From: Desulfobulbales bacterium
Lineage (GTDB): Bacteria; Desulfobacterota; Desulfobulbia; Desulfobulbales; BM004
DNA length: 62,597 bases
Direction of reading: 5' to 3'
Assembly (NCBI GenBank): GCA_041599275.1
Contig: JBFHWX010000002.1
Span: 1 to 62,597 of the forward strand
Shown: positions 31,417 through 40,756 of the stretch, piece by piece
Numbering within the stretch: the first letter of the stretch is position 1
Layout of the letters: each line of letters begins with the position of its first letter
Program-made: the position numbers and the translations under genes
The notes under the pieces: generated by a model
Told to the model about the DNA's origin: nothing
Databases searched by the model: none
Seen by the model: only the letters and a program-made list of their open reading frames with translations

Positions 31417-33246
31417 TCAGGCCGATTCCGCCGGTTGCAGGAAAGGGATTTCCTTCTGCACCGCTTGGAAGAAACGGCACTGCTCGCAGTTCTGGATCTT
31501 CTGGGCAAAGGAGCCCTGCACCCGGCCGGCGCACAGGGTGCCGGCCACCGCCCAGCAGATCCGGCCGAAATGGGGGTAGGCCGGGCATTTGATGGAGCTG
31601 TCCTTGTCGCGGCCGCACTGCATGAATTCCCAGCAGGACATGGCGTTGGCATTCCGCTCATCGAGAAGAGGGAAGTACATGGAGGCCTGGAGCCCGCCCC
31701 CCACCCGGTTGCGGATGCGGATGAAGCCGCCGTGCTCCACCACCACCTTGCGGTTGAAGGCAAGCCCCAGGCCGGTGCCCTGGCCCACCTTCTTGGTGGT
31801 GTAGAAGGGTTCGAAGATATGCTCCAGGGCCTCCGGCGAGATGCCGGGGCCGGTGTCGGCGACGTGGACCGCCACGTAGCGGACCAGGTTCTCCCTGGCC
31901 TCTTCGACGCTCACCGACAGGGTGCCGCCCTCGGGCATGGCATCGACGGCATTGGAGATGAGATTGAGAAAGGCCTGCTTGATGTGCTCCCGCTCCACCA
32001 GCACCGGTGCGTCGGTGTCGAAGCGTTTTTCGATGCGGACCTTGCTCTCCACGCAGTGCTCGGCCAGAAGCAGCAGGGCTTCTTCCACCAGATCGGTGAG
32101 GACCATTTTTTCGAGCTGGAAGCGGGGCTCCCAGGAGAGCAGCAGGATGTCCTTGAGGATGTTTTCGAGGCGGGTGGCCTCGGCGGTGATCAGGGCGGCG
32201 TAGCGCTGCTGCTTTTCGGTGGTGCTGATCTTTTCCAGACGCCGGCCGAAACCGCCCAGGGCGGTGAGCGGGTTCCTGATCTCGTGGGCGATGTCGGCGG
32301 TGAGACGCCCCAGGGCCGCCAGTTTCTCCGCCTCGATGAGCTTGTCCTGGGTTTCCCGGATGACCCGGGTCTTGCGCTCGACTTCCTCTTCCAGGCTTTC
32401 GGTCCATTTTTCGAGGCGGCGGCGTGCAAAGCGCAGCTCGCCGGCCATGGTGTTGTAGGTGCCGGCCAGGCGGCCGAGTTCGTCGTTCTCGTGGAGGTCG
32501 ATGCGGTGGTCGAGGTCGCCCTGGGAGACCTTCTTCATGCCCTCGTCCAGGAGTTGGATGGGCTGCAGCACGATCTTCCAGAGGATCAGGCAGAGAAAGA
32601 GGGCGATCACCAGGACCACGAGCAGCATGAAGCCGGAGAGGGTGACGACCTGTTCCCGGACCCGTTCGCCCAGGTGGTCGAGGGATGTTTCGCTCACCAG
32701 CATGCCGATCACCGGCTGTTCCCGGGGGTGGACGTGGCAGGCGGCGGTGTAGCAGTCCGGCTCGTTGGCGATGGGGTCGTAGAGGGTGAGGCGCCGTCCG
32801 CCCGCCTCGTCGGTGCGGATGAGCCACTGGCGGACCGGCATCAGCAGTTCCGGGTCGAGGGCGTCCGCCTGGTGGCAGGCGCTGCAGTAAACGGCGCGGT
32901 TCAGGGTGCGGCCGCGCTCGGAGCGGTCCGAAGAGTGGGAGATGATGCCCAGATGGTTGACCACCCGCACCGAGTCGATGGATTCGGTCGAGCCCAGAGC
33001 CTGGAGGGAGAACTGGATGTCCTCCATGTCGGCGGTGAGCATGTCGTGGCGGATGGAGCGCCGGGTGGTGTCGGAGACGGAGACGATCAGGGAAACAGCG
33101 TCTTTTTTGAGGTTCTCCCAGAGGTTGCGGGTGGCGATGAACCAGACCAGGGAACTGCCCAGGAGAAAAAACAGACTGATGGCGAGGACCAGCTTGCCGG
33201 CCAGGGATTTTTTCAAAGCGCCGAGAAGGAGCCGTATTCGTTGCAT
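31417..33246 (-). CDS. sensor histidine kinase (periplasmic CxxCH-containing domain, HAMP, HisKA, HATPase, C-terminal Cys-rich two-CW-like domain)
   Basis: Lies within ORF 31417..33378, starting at the ATG at 33246 (MQRIRLLLGALKK...). H-box ADIAHEIRNPL, G-box GTGLGLA, and a Cys-rich tail SCWEFMQCG...ICWAVAGTLC...CEQC. Confidence 0.9.
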   Translation of the reverse strand: MQRIRLLLGALKKSLAGKLVLAISLFFLLGSSLVWFIATRNLWENLKKDAVSLIVSVSDTTRRSIRHDMLTADMEDIQFSLQALGSTESIDSVRVVNHLGIISHSSDRSERGRTLNRAVYCSACHQADALDPELLMPVRQWLIRTDEAGGRRLTLYDPIANEPDCYTAACHVHPREQPVIGMLVSETSLDHLGERVREQVVTLSGFMLLVVLVIALFLCLILWKIVLQPIQLLDEGMKKVSQGDLDHRIDLHENDELGRLAGTYNTMAGELRFARRRLEKWTESLEEEVERKTRVIRETQDKLIEAEKLAALGRLTADIAHEIRNPLTALGGFGRRLEKISTTEKQQRYAALITAEATRLENILKDILLLSWEPRFQLEKMVLTDLVEEALLLLAEHCVESKVRIEKRFDTDAPVLVEREHIKQAFLNLISNAVDAMPEGGTLSVSVEEARENLVRYVAVHVADTGPGISPEALEHIFEPFYTTKKVGQGTGLGLAFNRKVVVEHGGFIRIRNRVGGGLQASMYFPLLDERNANAMSCWEFMQCGRDKDSSIKCPAYPHFGRICWAVAGTLCAGRVQGSFAQKIQNCEQCRFFQAVQKEIPFLQPAESA

Positions 33247-33340
33247 CGCGCTGTGGGGGGTGGAGGGAGCCTTTCCTTCCTCATACCCGTTTGTTCCGTC
33301 TTTTTTCAAGGAAAGAGTGGGGCGGGGTCGCCGGAAAACG

Positions 33341-34201
33341 CTATCCGCCAGATGCGAGCAGACCGCGCAGGGTGGCAAGGTTCCGGCGGTCCTCCTCCAG
33401 GTCGAGGCCCTTGGGGGTCTCCAGGACCATGGGGTGTTTGCTGAAACGGGGATCGTTCACCAGCAGGGCGAAGCCGGCCAGGCCGATCTCCCCCTGGCCG
33501 ATGTGCTGGTGGCGGTCGAGGTGGCTGCCGAGCCTGCCCTTGCTGTCGTTCAGGTGAAACCAGTGCAGGCGGTCGAGTCCGATGAGCCGGCCGAACTCGG
33601 CCATGGTTGCCTCGTAGGCTTCGGGTGTGCGCAGGTCGTAGCCCGCCGCGAACACATGGCAGGTGTCGAAGCAGACCCCGAGCCGGTGGCCGAAGCGGCT
33701 GTTGGAGAGGATGAAGGCGATTTCCTCGAAGCGACTGCCCAGGGTGGTGCCCTGGCCGGCGGTGGTTTCGAGCAGCACCCGCACCGCCTCGGAGCCGAAC
33801 CGTTCCAGGGCCCGGTCGAGGTTTTCAACCAAGGTCGCCAGGCCTGCCTCGACGCCGCTGCCCAGATGGGCGCCGGGATGGCTCACCAGAAAGGGGATGG
33901 CGAGTTGGCGGCAGCGCTCGAGCTCTTCGGCAAAGGCGGCCATGGCGCGTTCGGCTTTGACCGGCTCCGGATTCGCCATATTGATGAGGTACGAGTCATG
34001 GGCCGCCAGCGGCAGGCCGGGGCCATAATCCAGCCGGCTTTGCCGAAAGGCCGCGACCTCCTCGGCAGAAAGGGGCGGCACCTGCCACTGCCGCTGGTTC
34101 TTGGTGAAGATCTGCAGGCTTTCGCCCTTTACCCGGCGGAGACGGTTTATGCTCTCCGGCAGGCTGCCGGAGATGGACATGTGGGCGCCGAAGAGCGGCA
34201 T
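33341..34201 (-). CDS. nfo: deoxyribonuclease IV (endonuclease IV)
   Basis: 286 aa, MPLFGAHMSISGSL...IFTKNQRQW...HPGAHLG...HLNDSK, the AP endonuclease family 2 pattern. Confidence 0.9.
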   Translation of the reverse strand: MPLFGAHMSISGSLPESINRLRRVKGESLQIFTKNQRQWQVPPLSAEEVAAFRQSRLDYGPGLPLAAHDSYLINMANPEPVKAERAMAAFAEELERCRQLAIPFLVSHPGAHLGSGVEAGLATLVENLDRALERFGSEAVRVLLETTAGQGTTLGSRFEEIAFILSNSRFGHRLGVCFDTCHVFAAGYDLRTPEAYEATMAEFGRLIGLDRLHWFHLNDSKGRLGSHLDRHQHIGQGEIGLAGFALLVNDPRFSKHPMVLETPKGLDLEEDRRNLATLRGLLASGG

Positions 34202-34640
34202 GGATCACCCCGCAGGTGTCGTTTCAGGGGTTTTTCAGTCAGGAGTGCCCTGTTTGGTTGATCCCGTCACCTGATTGTTGGCCCTCGCGGCCCCTCGCTG
34301 TGTTGCGAAAAGTTTGACATAACGCTGCCATGCCTTCACTTTCACGCCGTGCGAGGAACCTCGATGAATCAACAATTCCCGGGCCAGATTAACCGCACCG
34401 ACCACTAGACCCTTGACAACTGTTAGTGCCCCATGTAACAAGAGAGAAGTTATTCGTTCGCGTTTTCGGTATCTTACTCTGCAGGCCCGGCGCCGCCGGC
34501 CCTGGAAGGCCGCGGCGGCCGTTTGACCTTCCCCGAACGATTCCGTTCTGTACCATGCAGTGGTCGTGGTGGGCAAGTGCTGCGTTGCCCTGTCGCCGTT
34601 CCGGCCAGCCCAAGACAAGGTTCTCATAAAGGAGGCCCCC

Positions 34641-36488
34641 GTGAAAGGAAAGTCCGAACAGAAAAGAAGTTTGGGCGGTGCGCTGCTGGTGCTCTTGGTG
34701 CTGCTGCTCTTTGGCGCCGGCTTTGCCACGGCCCAGGAGGCCTGCAGTGATGCGGCGCTGCAGGAGTCCTTCGAAGCCCTGGCCAGTGCCGAGCAGCACG
34801 AAGCCTTCGTCCGCCAGCATGCGCCCTGCGAGCTGGCCTTCGTGGCGGTCCAGCGCCTGGCTCGGCCGGCGCTGCAGGCCCGAAACTGGCAGGGCGCGGC
34901 CGACATCTTCCGTCTCCACCAGCCGGCCTTTCCGGAAATGGCCGACCGGTTCGCCAAGATCATCGAGATGCTGGAGGCGCCCAGCGAGGGGCTTGCCGCC
35001 ATCAATCTCGGGCCGGGGGTCAACTCCCGGCGCGGCGACGAATACCGGCCGGTGGTGAGCGGTGACGGCGAGACCCTCTATTTCGGCCGCGACCGCGGAC
35101 CGGAAGCGGGTGGCGAAGACATCTACTTTTCGGTGCGCGACGGCCACGGCCTCTGGGGGCGGGCCGACAACCTGGGGCCGCTCATCTCCACCCCGGCCCA
35201 TGAACTGCCGCTGGCGGTTTCCATCGACAACAACAAGCTCGCCCTGTTCGGCAACTATCCGGGCGGCCTGGGAAATGGCGACATCTACTTTTCCGAGCGG
35301 GGCGAGGTCTGCTGGGGCGCGCCCAGGGCCTTTCCGGCCCCGGTGAACTCCACTTTCTTCGATTCCGACGCCATGTTCACGGCCGACGGCCGTTCCATGC
35401 TGTTGGTCTCCGACCGCCCCGGCGGGGTGGGCGCCCCCCATGCCAAGGAAACCTTCTTCCACGGCTCCACCGCTGGCAATACCGACATCTATGTCTATGT
35501 GGACAAGGGTGACGGCTCGGGTGAACTCGTCAACCTGGGACCCGTTGTCAACACGCCCTACGCCGAGTACTCCCCCTTTCTGCATGCCGACGGCCGCACC
35601 CTGTACTTCGCCTCCGAGGGCCACTACGGCCTGGGCGGCCTCGACGTCTTCGTCTCCACCCGGCTTCGCGACGATTCCTGGACCGAGTGGAGCACTCCGG
35701 TCAACCTCGGCAAGGAGGTGAACGGCCCGTTCAACGACTGGGGCATGCAGATCGCCACCCAGGGCGACAACGCCTATTTCTCGGCCCGCAACGACGTCGA
35801 GCGGCCCGCCACCAGCGATCTCTACAATATCATGCTGCCGGCCGGCGCCCGGCCCGGCGCCGTGGTGGTGCTGCGCGGCCGGGTCACCGACCCCGAGGGT
35901 AGGCCGCTCGGTGCCGCCATCAAGTGGAACGACCTCACCGCCAACACTCCCCTGGGGGTGGCGGCCAGCCGGCCGGACACCGGCGAGTACTTCATCGCCG
36001 TGGCCCCGGGGCGCATGTATGGCTATTACGCGGAAAAAGAAGGTTACGTGGGGCGCTCGGAAAACGTCGACCTCACCGCCCAGAAGACCGGCGGCGAACG
36101 GGTGGTGGACATCGTGCTCTATCCCCTGGGCTACCTCGACAAGGGACCGCTCACCATCCGCCTCAACAATATCTTCTTCGATTTCGACAAGTACGAGCTG
36201 CGCAAGGAGTCCTTCCTGGAGCTCGACCGCTGGGTCGACTTCCTGAAAAAGAACACCAATGTGCGGGCCGATCTCCACGGCCATACCTGCGCCATCGGCA
36301 CCGACGCCTACAACCAGAAGCTCTCCGAGAACCGGGCGAAGGCGGTCAGTAACTACCTGCTCGAGCACGGCATCGGAGCCGAACGCCTCGGCTTCAAGGG
36401 CTTCGGCGAGTCGAAGCCCATTGCCTCCAACAAGACCTCCGAGGGCCGGGAGCAGAACCGGCGGGTGGAGATCGTGCTGCAGAAGTAG
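34641..36488 (+). CDS. OmpA-family protein with TolB-like (PD40) beta-propeller repeats
   Basis: Lies within ORF 34560..36488. The GTG at 34641 follows AAGGAGG. It has a signal peptide, repeated PD40-like segments, and a C-terminal OmpA domain (NIFFDFDKYEL...NRRVEIVL). Confidence 0.85.
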   Translation: MKGKSEQKRSLGGALLVLLVLLLFGAGFATAQEACSDAALQESFEALASAEQHEAFVRQHAPCELAFVAVQRLARPALQARNWQGAADIFRLHQPAFPEMADRFAKIIEMLEAPSEGLAAINLGPGVNSRRGDEYRPVVSGDGETLYFGRDRGPEAGGEDIYFSVRDGHGLWGRADNLGPLISTPAHELPLAVSIDNNKLALFGNYPGGLGNGDIYFSERGEVCWGAPRAFPAPVNSTFFDSDAMFTADGRSMLLVSDRPGGVGAPHAKETFFHGSTAGNTDIYVYVDKGDGSGELVNLGPVVNTPYAEYSPFLHADGRTLYFASEGHYGLGGLDVFVSTRLRDDSWTEWSTPVNLGKEVNGPFNDWGMQIATQGDNAYFSARNDVERPATSDLYNIMLPAGARPGAVVVLRGRVTDPEGRPLGAAIKWNDLTANTPLGVAASRPDTGEYFIAVAPGRMYGYYAEKEGYVGRSENVDLTAQKTGGERVVDIVLYPLGYLDKGPLTIRLNNIFFDFDKYELRKESFLELDRWVDFLKKNTNVRADLHGHTCAIGTDAYNQKLSENRAKAVSNYLLEHGIGAERLGFKGFGESKPIASNKTSEGREQNRRVEIVLQK

Positions 36489-36528
36489 CAGAGGCGTTCA
36501 AGCGGCAGAAGAACTGGAAAGTATAAAA

Positions 36529-37320
36529 TTATTCGAATGGCAGGGGATCGAGCTCGATCCCCTGCCATTTTTTTTGCAGGGCGGCAAGGGCCCGGTGGTT
36601 GGTGAGGTCGAAGTGGATGGGGGTGGCGGAGATGAAGCCGTCGATCAGGGCCTGGGAGTCGGTGTCGGCGGCCTCGTCCCAGATCGGGGTACCGCCGCCG
36701 ATCCAGAAATGCTCGCGGCCCCAGGGGTCGAAGACCTGCTTGATGGCCGAGTCGTAGGTCCTGCGGCCCTGGCGGGTGAAACGCAAACCCTTGATTTCGG
36801 TGAGGGCCAGGTTGGGCACGTTGATGTTCAAGACCGTGTCCCGGGGCAGTCCCTCGGCCAGGACGCGCTGGGCAAGCCGGGCCGCCACGGTGGCGGCGGT
36901 TTCGAACCGAAAGGGCTTCTGGCCGGCGATGGAAACGGCCAGTGACGGGATGCCCAGCATGGCGCCCTCCACCGCCGCCGCCACCGTGCCGGAATAGTTC
37001 ACGTCGTCGCCCAGATTGGCGCCCGGGTTGATGCCCGAGACCACCAGGGTGGGCTTTTGTTCGAGGATTTTGCCCACTCCCACGGTGACGCAGTCGGTGG
37101 GGGTGCCGTTCACCGTGTAGACCCGGCCGTTGGTGCGGGTGACCCGCAGGGGCCGGTGCATGGTGAGGGAGTGGCTGGCCGCCGAGTTGTCCTGCTCCGG
37201 CGCGATGGTCACGGTGGGGCCGATCTTGCCCATGGCGGCGGCCAGGGCGGCGAGGCCGGGGTGGCCGGCCCCGTCGTCGTTGGTGAGCAGGATGAGGGGG
37301 GGGGAGCCGGCAGTGGTCAT
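36529..37320 (-). CDS. surE: 5'/3'-nucleotidase SurE
   Basis: 263 aa, with the N-terminal LILLTNDDG signature. Confidence 0.95.
   Translation of the reverse strand: MTTAGSPPLILLTNDDGAGHPGLAALAAAMGKIGPTVTIAPEQDNSAASHSLTMHRPLRVTRTNGRVYTVNGTPTDCVTVGVGKILEQKPTLVVSGINPGANLGDDVNYSGTVAAAVEGAMLGIPSLAVSIAGQKPFRFETAATVAARLAQRVLAEGLPRDTVLNINVPNLALTEIKGLRFTRQGRRTYDSAIKQVFDPWGREHFWIGGGTPIWDEAADTDSQALIDGFISATPIHFDLTNHRALAALQKKWQGIELDPLPFE
36536..36576 (+). terminator. intrinsic terminator of the OmpA-family gene, embedded in the surE 3' coding end
   Basis: A 34-bp perfect palindrome, AATGGCAGGGGATCGAG|CTCGATCCCCTGCCATT (36536-36569), with T8 at 36568-36575. Confidence 0.75.
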
Positions 37321-39197
37321 GATTCTTCTTCTGGGGGTTGCGATGGCTGGCTCTTCACGCTACCGGGCTGCTGGGCGCTGGCCGGCGGCCAGGTCGCGGT
37401 CCGGAAGAGCTTCATCTGCTGGAGGTAGAAATCTTTGTTTTCCGGATCGAGAGCCAGGGCCCGCTCCTCGGTGGCCAAGGCCTCGGGCAGCATGCCGAGG
37501 GCCCAGTAACCATAGGCCAGGGTGTCGAGAATGAAGCCCGATTCGTGGAGCTTGGCTGCCTGCTGGGCCAGCAGCAGGGCGCGTCCGGCGTCGAGCAGTT
37601 TTTCGTCTTGGGCGGTGACCAGCAGCCAGGCCAGGTTGTTCATGGTTTCGGCGTCGTTTGGGGCCAGCAGCAGGGCGCGTTCGTAGGCGCTGATGGCGCC
37701 GGCCGGTTCCTGGCGGGCCAGCCGCAGGTCGCCAAGAGCCCGCCACCAGGTGGGGTTTTCGGGATCCTGCCGGCTTTTTTCGAGAAGCACCAGTTCCAGG
37801 TGCGGCGACAGCGGGCGTTGGTCCATACCGGCCAGCAGCCGGTCCGGCAAAGCCCACAGAGAGCTCAGGGTGGCGGCCATGGTGACCAGGAAGACCAGGA
37901 GAGCACCGTAGGTTTTCAGGTGATGGCGGCGGATGGCGGCCGGTTGCCGGCGGCATTTTATGAGATAATCGATGCGCTGGGCCAGGCTGAAGTGGTGCCA
38001 GCTCGGTTTGTTGCGGATATTGCCGCCGTGCCAGGCGATTTTTTCAAAGGATTGGATGAGGGGCTCCGGGTCGCCCAGGGCGGCAAAGACATGGAGATCG
38101 GCCTGGCGCTCGAAATTGCGCATGAAAAAGCCGAAGACGAACCGGAAATAGACAAGAAGCACGAGGCACAGCGGCAAGAGACCGAATACGGCGAGACCGG
38201 TTTCGAAATCGACCCCGGTGTTGGTGAGGAAACGGTAGAAGGACTCCGAATTGACCAGCAGCAGGCTGACCGGTTCGGTGAGCAGGCTGAGCAGCAGTCC
38301 GAGGCCGATCATCAGCAGCAGATAGAAAAACAGGTGGAACAGTTTGATATGGCCGATCTCATGGGCCATCACCGCCTCGAGCTCTTCCACGGTCAGGGCT
38401 TCGAGCAGGGCCGGGGTCACCAGGATGTAGCGCAGGCGGCCGGCAAGGCCCATGACCCCGGCGGTGAGCACCCGGCCCTCGAAAAGCGGCCAGAGCAGGA
38501 TCTCCGCATAGGCGAACTTCTGGCGCCGGAGAAAGTTTTCCAGGTGGCGGCGCAGGCCGCTGTCGGGCATGGGCACGCAGTTCCACATATGGCGGATGAA
38601 GTAGGGAATGACCAGGACGATGCCCAGGAAGAAGAGCAGAAAGAGCGCGTATTCGCCCCACAGCGAGCCGAGCACCGGTTCGAGGAACGGCAGCGGCAGA
38701 AAATGGAGAACATCGAAGAGCAGGGAGATCGCCGCCCAGGGCAGGATGATGGGCAGGTTGAGCTTGATGTTGTGGAAGAGAAAGCCCCAGCGCGTGTAGT
38801 AGCGGTTGAAGAGAAAAATATAGCGGGGTCGGGCCTGGCTCCAGGCCAGGGCCGGGTAGAGAAAGAACAGGCAGAGTCCGGCCATGCCCACCAGCGACGG
38901 AAAGTGTTCTTCGAGCCACCTGCTGCTCAGAAAGAACTTGCAGTCGAGGAGATAGACGTCAACGGCAAAAGAGAGCACGGCGAGCAGGAAGAAGCGCTGC
39001 TCGACGGCAAAATAGCGGCTGTCGCCGCGGATTGCGCCCTTGCCAAAGGCCCGGCGGGCCAAGAGGAAGAAGAAAAGCAGCTTGCCGAAAAAAAGCGGCA
39101 GCACGTAGTGGAGGGGCAGAAAAGGGGCCGCCGGCACGTTCTTGGTGGAGAAGAGCAGCAGAACGATGAGCAGTACGAGGAGGTTCGTGTAGAACAC
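37317..39197 (-). CDS. M48-family zinc metallopeptidase with N-terminal multi-TM region and C-terminal TPR repeats
   Basis: Lies within ORF 37317..39422. HEIGHIKLFH (HExxH) and TPR-like repeats near the C-terminus. The start is uncertain: the GTG at 39197 follows GGTGGA, and the ATG at 39266 is an alternative. Confidence 0.8.
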   Translation of the reverse strand: MFYTNLLVLLIVLLLFSTKNVPAAPFLPLHYVLPLFFGKLLFFFLLARRAFGKGAIRGDSRYFAVEQRFFLLAVLSFAVDVYLLDCKFFLSSRWLEEHFPSLVGMAGLCLFFLYPALAWSQARPRYIFLFNRYYTRWGFLFHNIKLNLPIILPWAAISLLFDVLHFLPLPFLEPVLGSLWGEYALFLLFFLGIVLVIPYFIRHMWNCVPMPDSGLRRHLENFLRRQKFAYAEILLWPLFEGRVLTAGVMGLAGRLRYILVTPALLEALTVEELEAVMAHEIGHIKLFHLFFYLLLMIGLGLLLSLLTEPVSLLLVNSESFYRFLTNTGVDFETGLAVFGLLPLCLVLLVYFRFVFGFFMRNFERQADLHVFAALGDPEPLIQSFEKIAWHGGNIRNKPSWHHFSLAQRIDYLIKCRRQPAAIRRHHLKTYGALLVFLVTMAATLSSLWALPDRLLAGMDQRPLSPHLELVLLEKSRQDPENPTWWRALGDLRLARQEPAGAISAYERALLLAPNDAETMNNLAWLLVTAQDEKLLDAGRALLLAQQAAKLHESGFILDTLAYGYWALGMLPEALATEERALALDPENKDFYLQQMKLFRTATWPPASAQQPGSVKSQPSQPPEEES

Positions 39198-39440
39198 GTT
39201 TTTTCCACCGTTAGGGGAATGGGTTGGGTGGCGCCGGGCTCCGGCTGGACCGCGTGCCCGGCGCATCGTTGGACTATACGCCCAATTGGCAATGGGGTCA
39301 ATATGACGGCGGCACTCGTTGGGAAAGGCCCAAACTGCTTCAAGTGTTCCAGGGACACAGTCCCCGCCATCAGGCAGTTGCGCCGGTGGGCCGCCGGAAA
39401 AACGCTTTTCCGGGACTGACAATCATTTGGCAATGAAGGG

Positions 39441-39470
39441 TTGACAAGTCCGGATCAAAAGGGGTATTTT
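39441..39470 (+). promoter_or_regulatory. sigma70-type promoter for tRNA(CAT)
   Basis: TTGACA (39441-39446), an 18-nt spacer, then TATTTT (39465-39470), about 20 nt upstream of the tRNA. Confidence 0.45.
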
Positions 39471-39490
39471 GCCAGATTAGCACATCGATC

Positions 39491-39567
39491 GGGCCTATAG
39501 CTCAGTTGGCTAGAGCCACCGGCTCATAACCGGTCTGTCCCTGGTTCGAGTCCAGGTAGGCCCACCA
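39491..39567 (+). tRNA. tRNA with CAT anticodon (Met by anticodon; acceptor C4/C5 resemble tRNA-Ile2 (lysidine); not an initiator)
   Basis: Cloverleaf: acceptor GGGCCTA/TAGGCCC, anticodon loop CTCATAA, T-arm CCTGG-TTCGAGT-CCAGG, encoded CCA. The paired G1-C72 excludes initiator fMet. Confidence 0.9.
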
Positions 39568-39696
39568 CTTACTTTGTAGGGACATGGACCTTCGCTGCGG
39601 TTCAGAAAGGGTTGGCGGTCACCTCTTGCGGTGGTCGCTGGATCCGCGAAAACGCGACGCCGGGGCCGTCCGCCGCCATGGGCGCAGGACCGTCTG

Positions 39697-39735
39697 AAAA
39701 GGTGCACCTCAGGGGTGTGCCTTTTTTGTTTTTCT
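39697..39735 (+). terminator. intrinsic terminator about 130 nt downstream of tRNA(CAT)
   Basis: A 7-bp stem, GGUGCAC / GUGUGCC (two G-U pairs), followed by TTTTTTGTTTTT. Confidence 0.6.
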
Positions 39736-39802
39736 TTCACTCCGATATGGGGGTGGCCGGGGGGCCGGATGGGCGGTGGCCCCGGGCATGGATAGCGGTA
39801 GC

Positions 39803-40624
39803 ATGACAGAGCAGTTCACGATACAACAACTTCTGGCGGTGGTCGACGAGGTGGCGGCCTTCCGCACGGCGGCTTCCTGGGACAACGTCGGTCTGATGGC
39901 CGGCTCCCCCGCCGCCCGGGTGCAAAAGATCCTGGTCGGCCTCGACCCCACCCTCTCCCTCCTCGAAGAAGCTGCCTCCATCGGCGCCCAAGCGCTGCTC
40001 ACCCACCATCCCCTGATCTTCAAGCCGCTGCGGTCGGTGGACACCGATCACCCCGGTGGCCGTTTTCTCAAACGCGCTCTGTCTGCCGATATAGCCGTCA
40101 TTGGCTGCCATACCAACCTCGATCTGGCCGTCGGTGGCGTCAACGACGTGCTGGCGCAAGTTCTTGGGCTCGTCGACCTGGAGCCTCTGGAGCAGGCTCC
40201 GGCCGGCGCGGTTGTGCCCGGTTTCGGGCGGTTGGGCCGGGTGGCGGAACCCTGCTCGGGCTCCGATTTTCTTGCCCGGGCCTGCCGGATCCTTGCTCTT
40301 CAGGCCCTATCCTGGGCCGGCCCGCTACCGGCCCAGGTGAAGCGGGTGGCTGTCTGCGGCGGTTCCGGTTCCGAGCTTGCCGAGCTGGCCGCTTCCCGGG
40401 GCGCCGATCTTTATCTTACCGGCGAGGTGAAGCATGCCGTGGGCCGTTGGGCAGAGGAGAGCGGTTTTTGCGTGGTCGATGCCGGTCATTTCGGCACCGA
40501 GCAGCCGGTGGTGGCCGCCTTTGCCGCCCTCCTGCGCGACCGGCTCGGCCCGCGACGGATAGAAGTGGTTGCATCCCGGTCCCAGCAGGGACCGTTTCGT
40601 TTTTATGTGCCTGACGGAGGGTGA
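39803..40624 (+). CDS. Nif3-like dinuclear metal center protein (YbgI/YqfO family)
   Basis: Lies within ORF 39776..40624, starting at the ATG at 39803 (MTEQFTIQQLL...). WDNVGL, LLTHHPLIF and CHTNLD motifs. Confidence 0.9.
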   Translation: MTEQFTIQQLLAVVDEVAAFRTAASWDNVGLMAGSPAARVQKILVGLDPTLSLLEEAASIGAQALLTHHPLIFKPLRSVDTDHPGGRFLKRALSADIAVIGCHTNLDLAVGGVNDVLAQVLGLVDLEPLEQAPAGAVVPGFGRLGRVAEPCSGSDFLARACRILALQALSWAGPLPAQVKRVAVCGGSGSELAELAASRGADLYLTGEVKHAVGRWAEESGFCVVDAGHFGTEQPVVAAFAALLRDRLGPRRIEVVASRSQQGPFRFYVPDGG

Positions 40625-40756
40625 GCTTTTTTGCCCGTCACCAGGATTTTTTCGGCAGACCGTGCATGGTGCGTGCCGGAAGCGTTTCCGGGGCCGGTCG
40701 GGCCGGGCCCGGGGCGGAGTTCAGAATAACCCGTGTGTTTTGAAGGAGAGTGAGAT

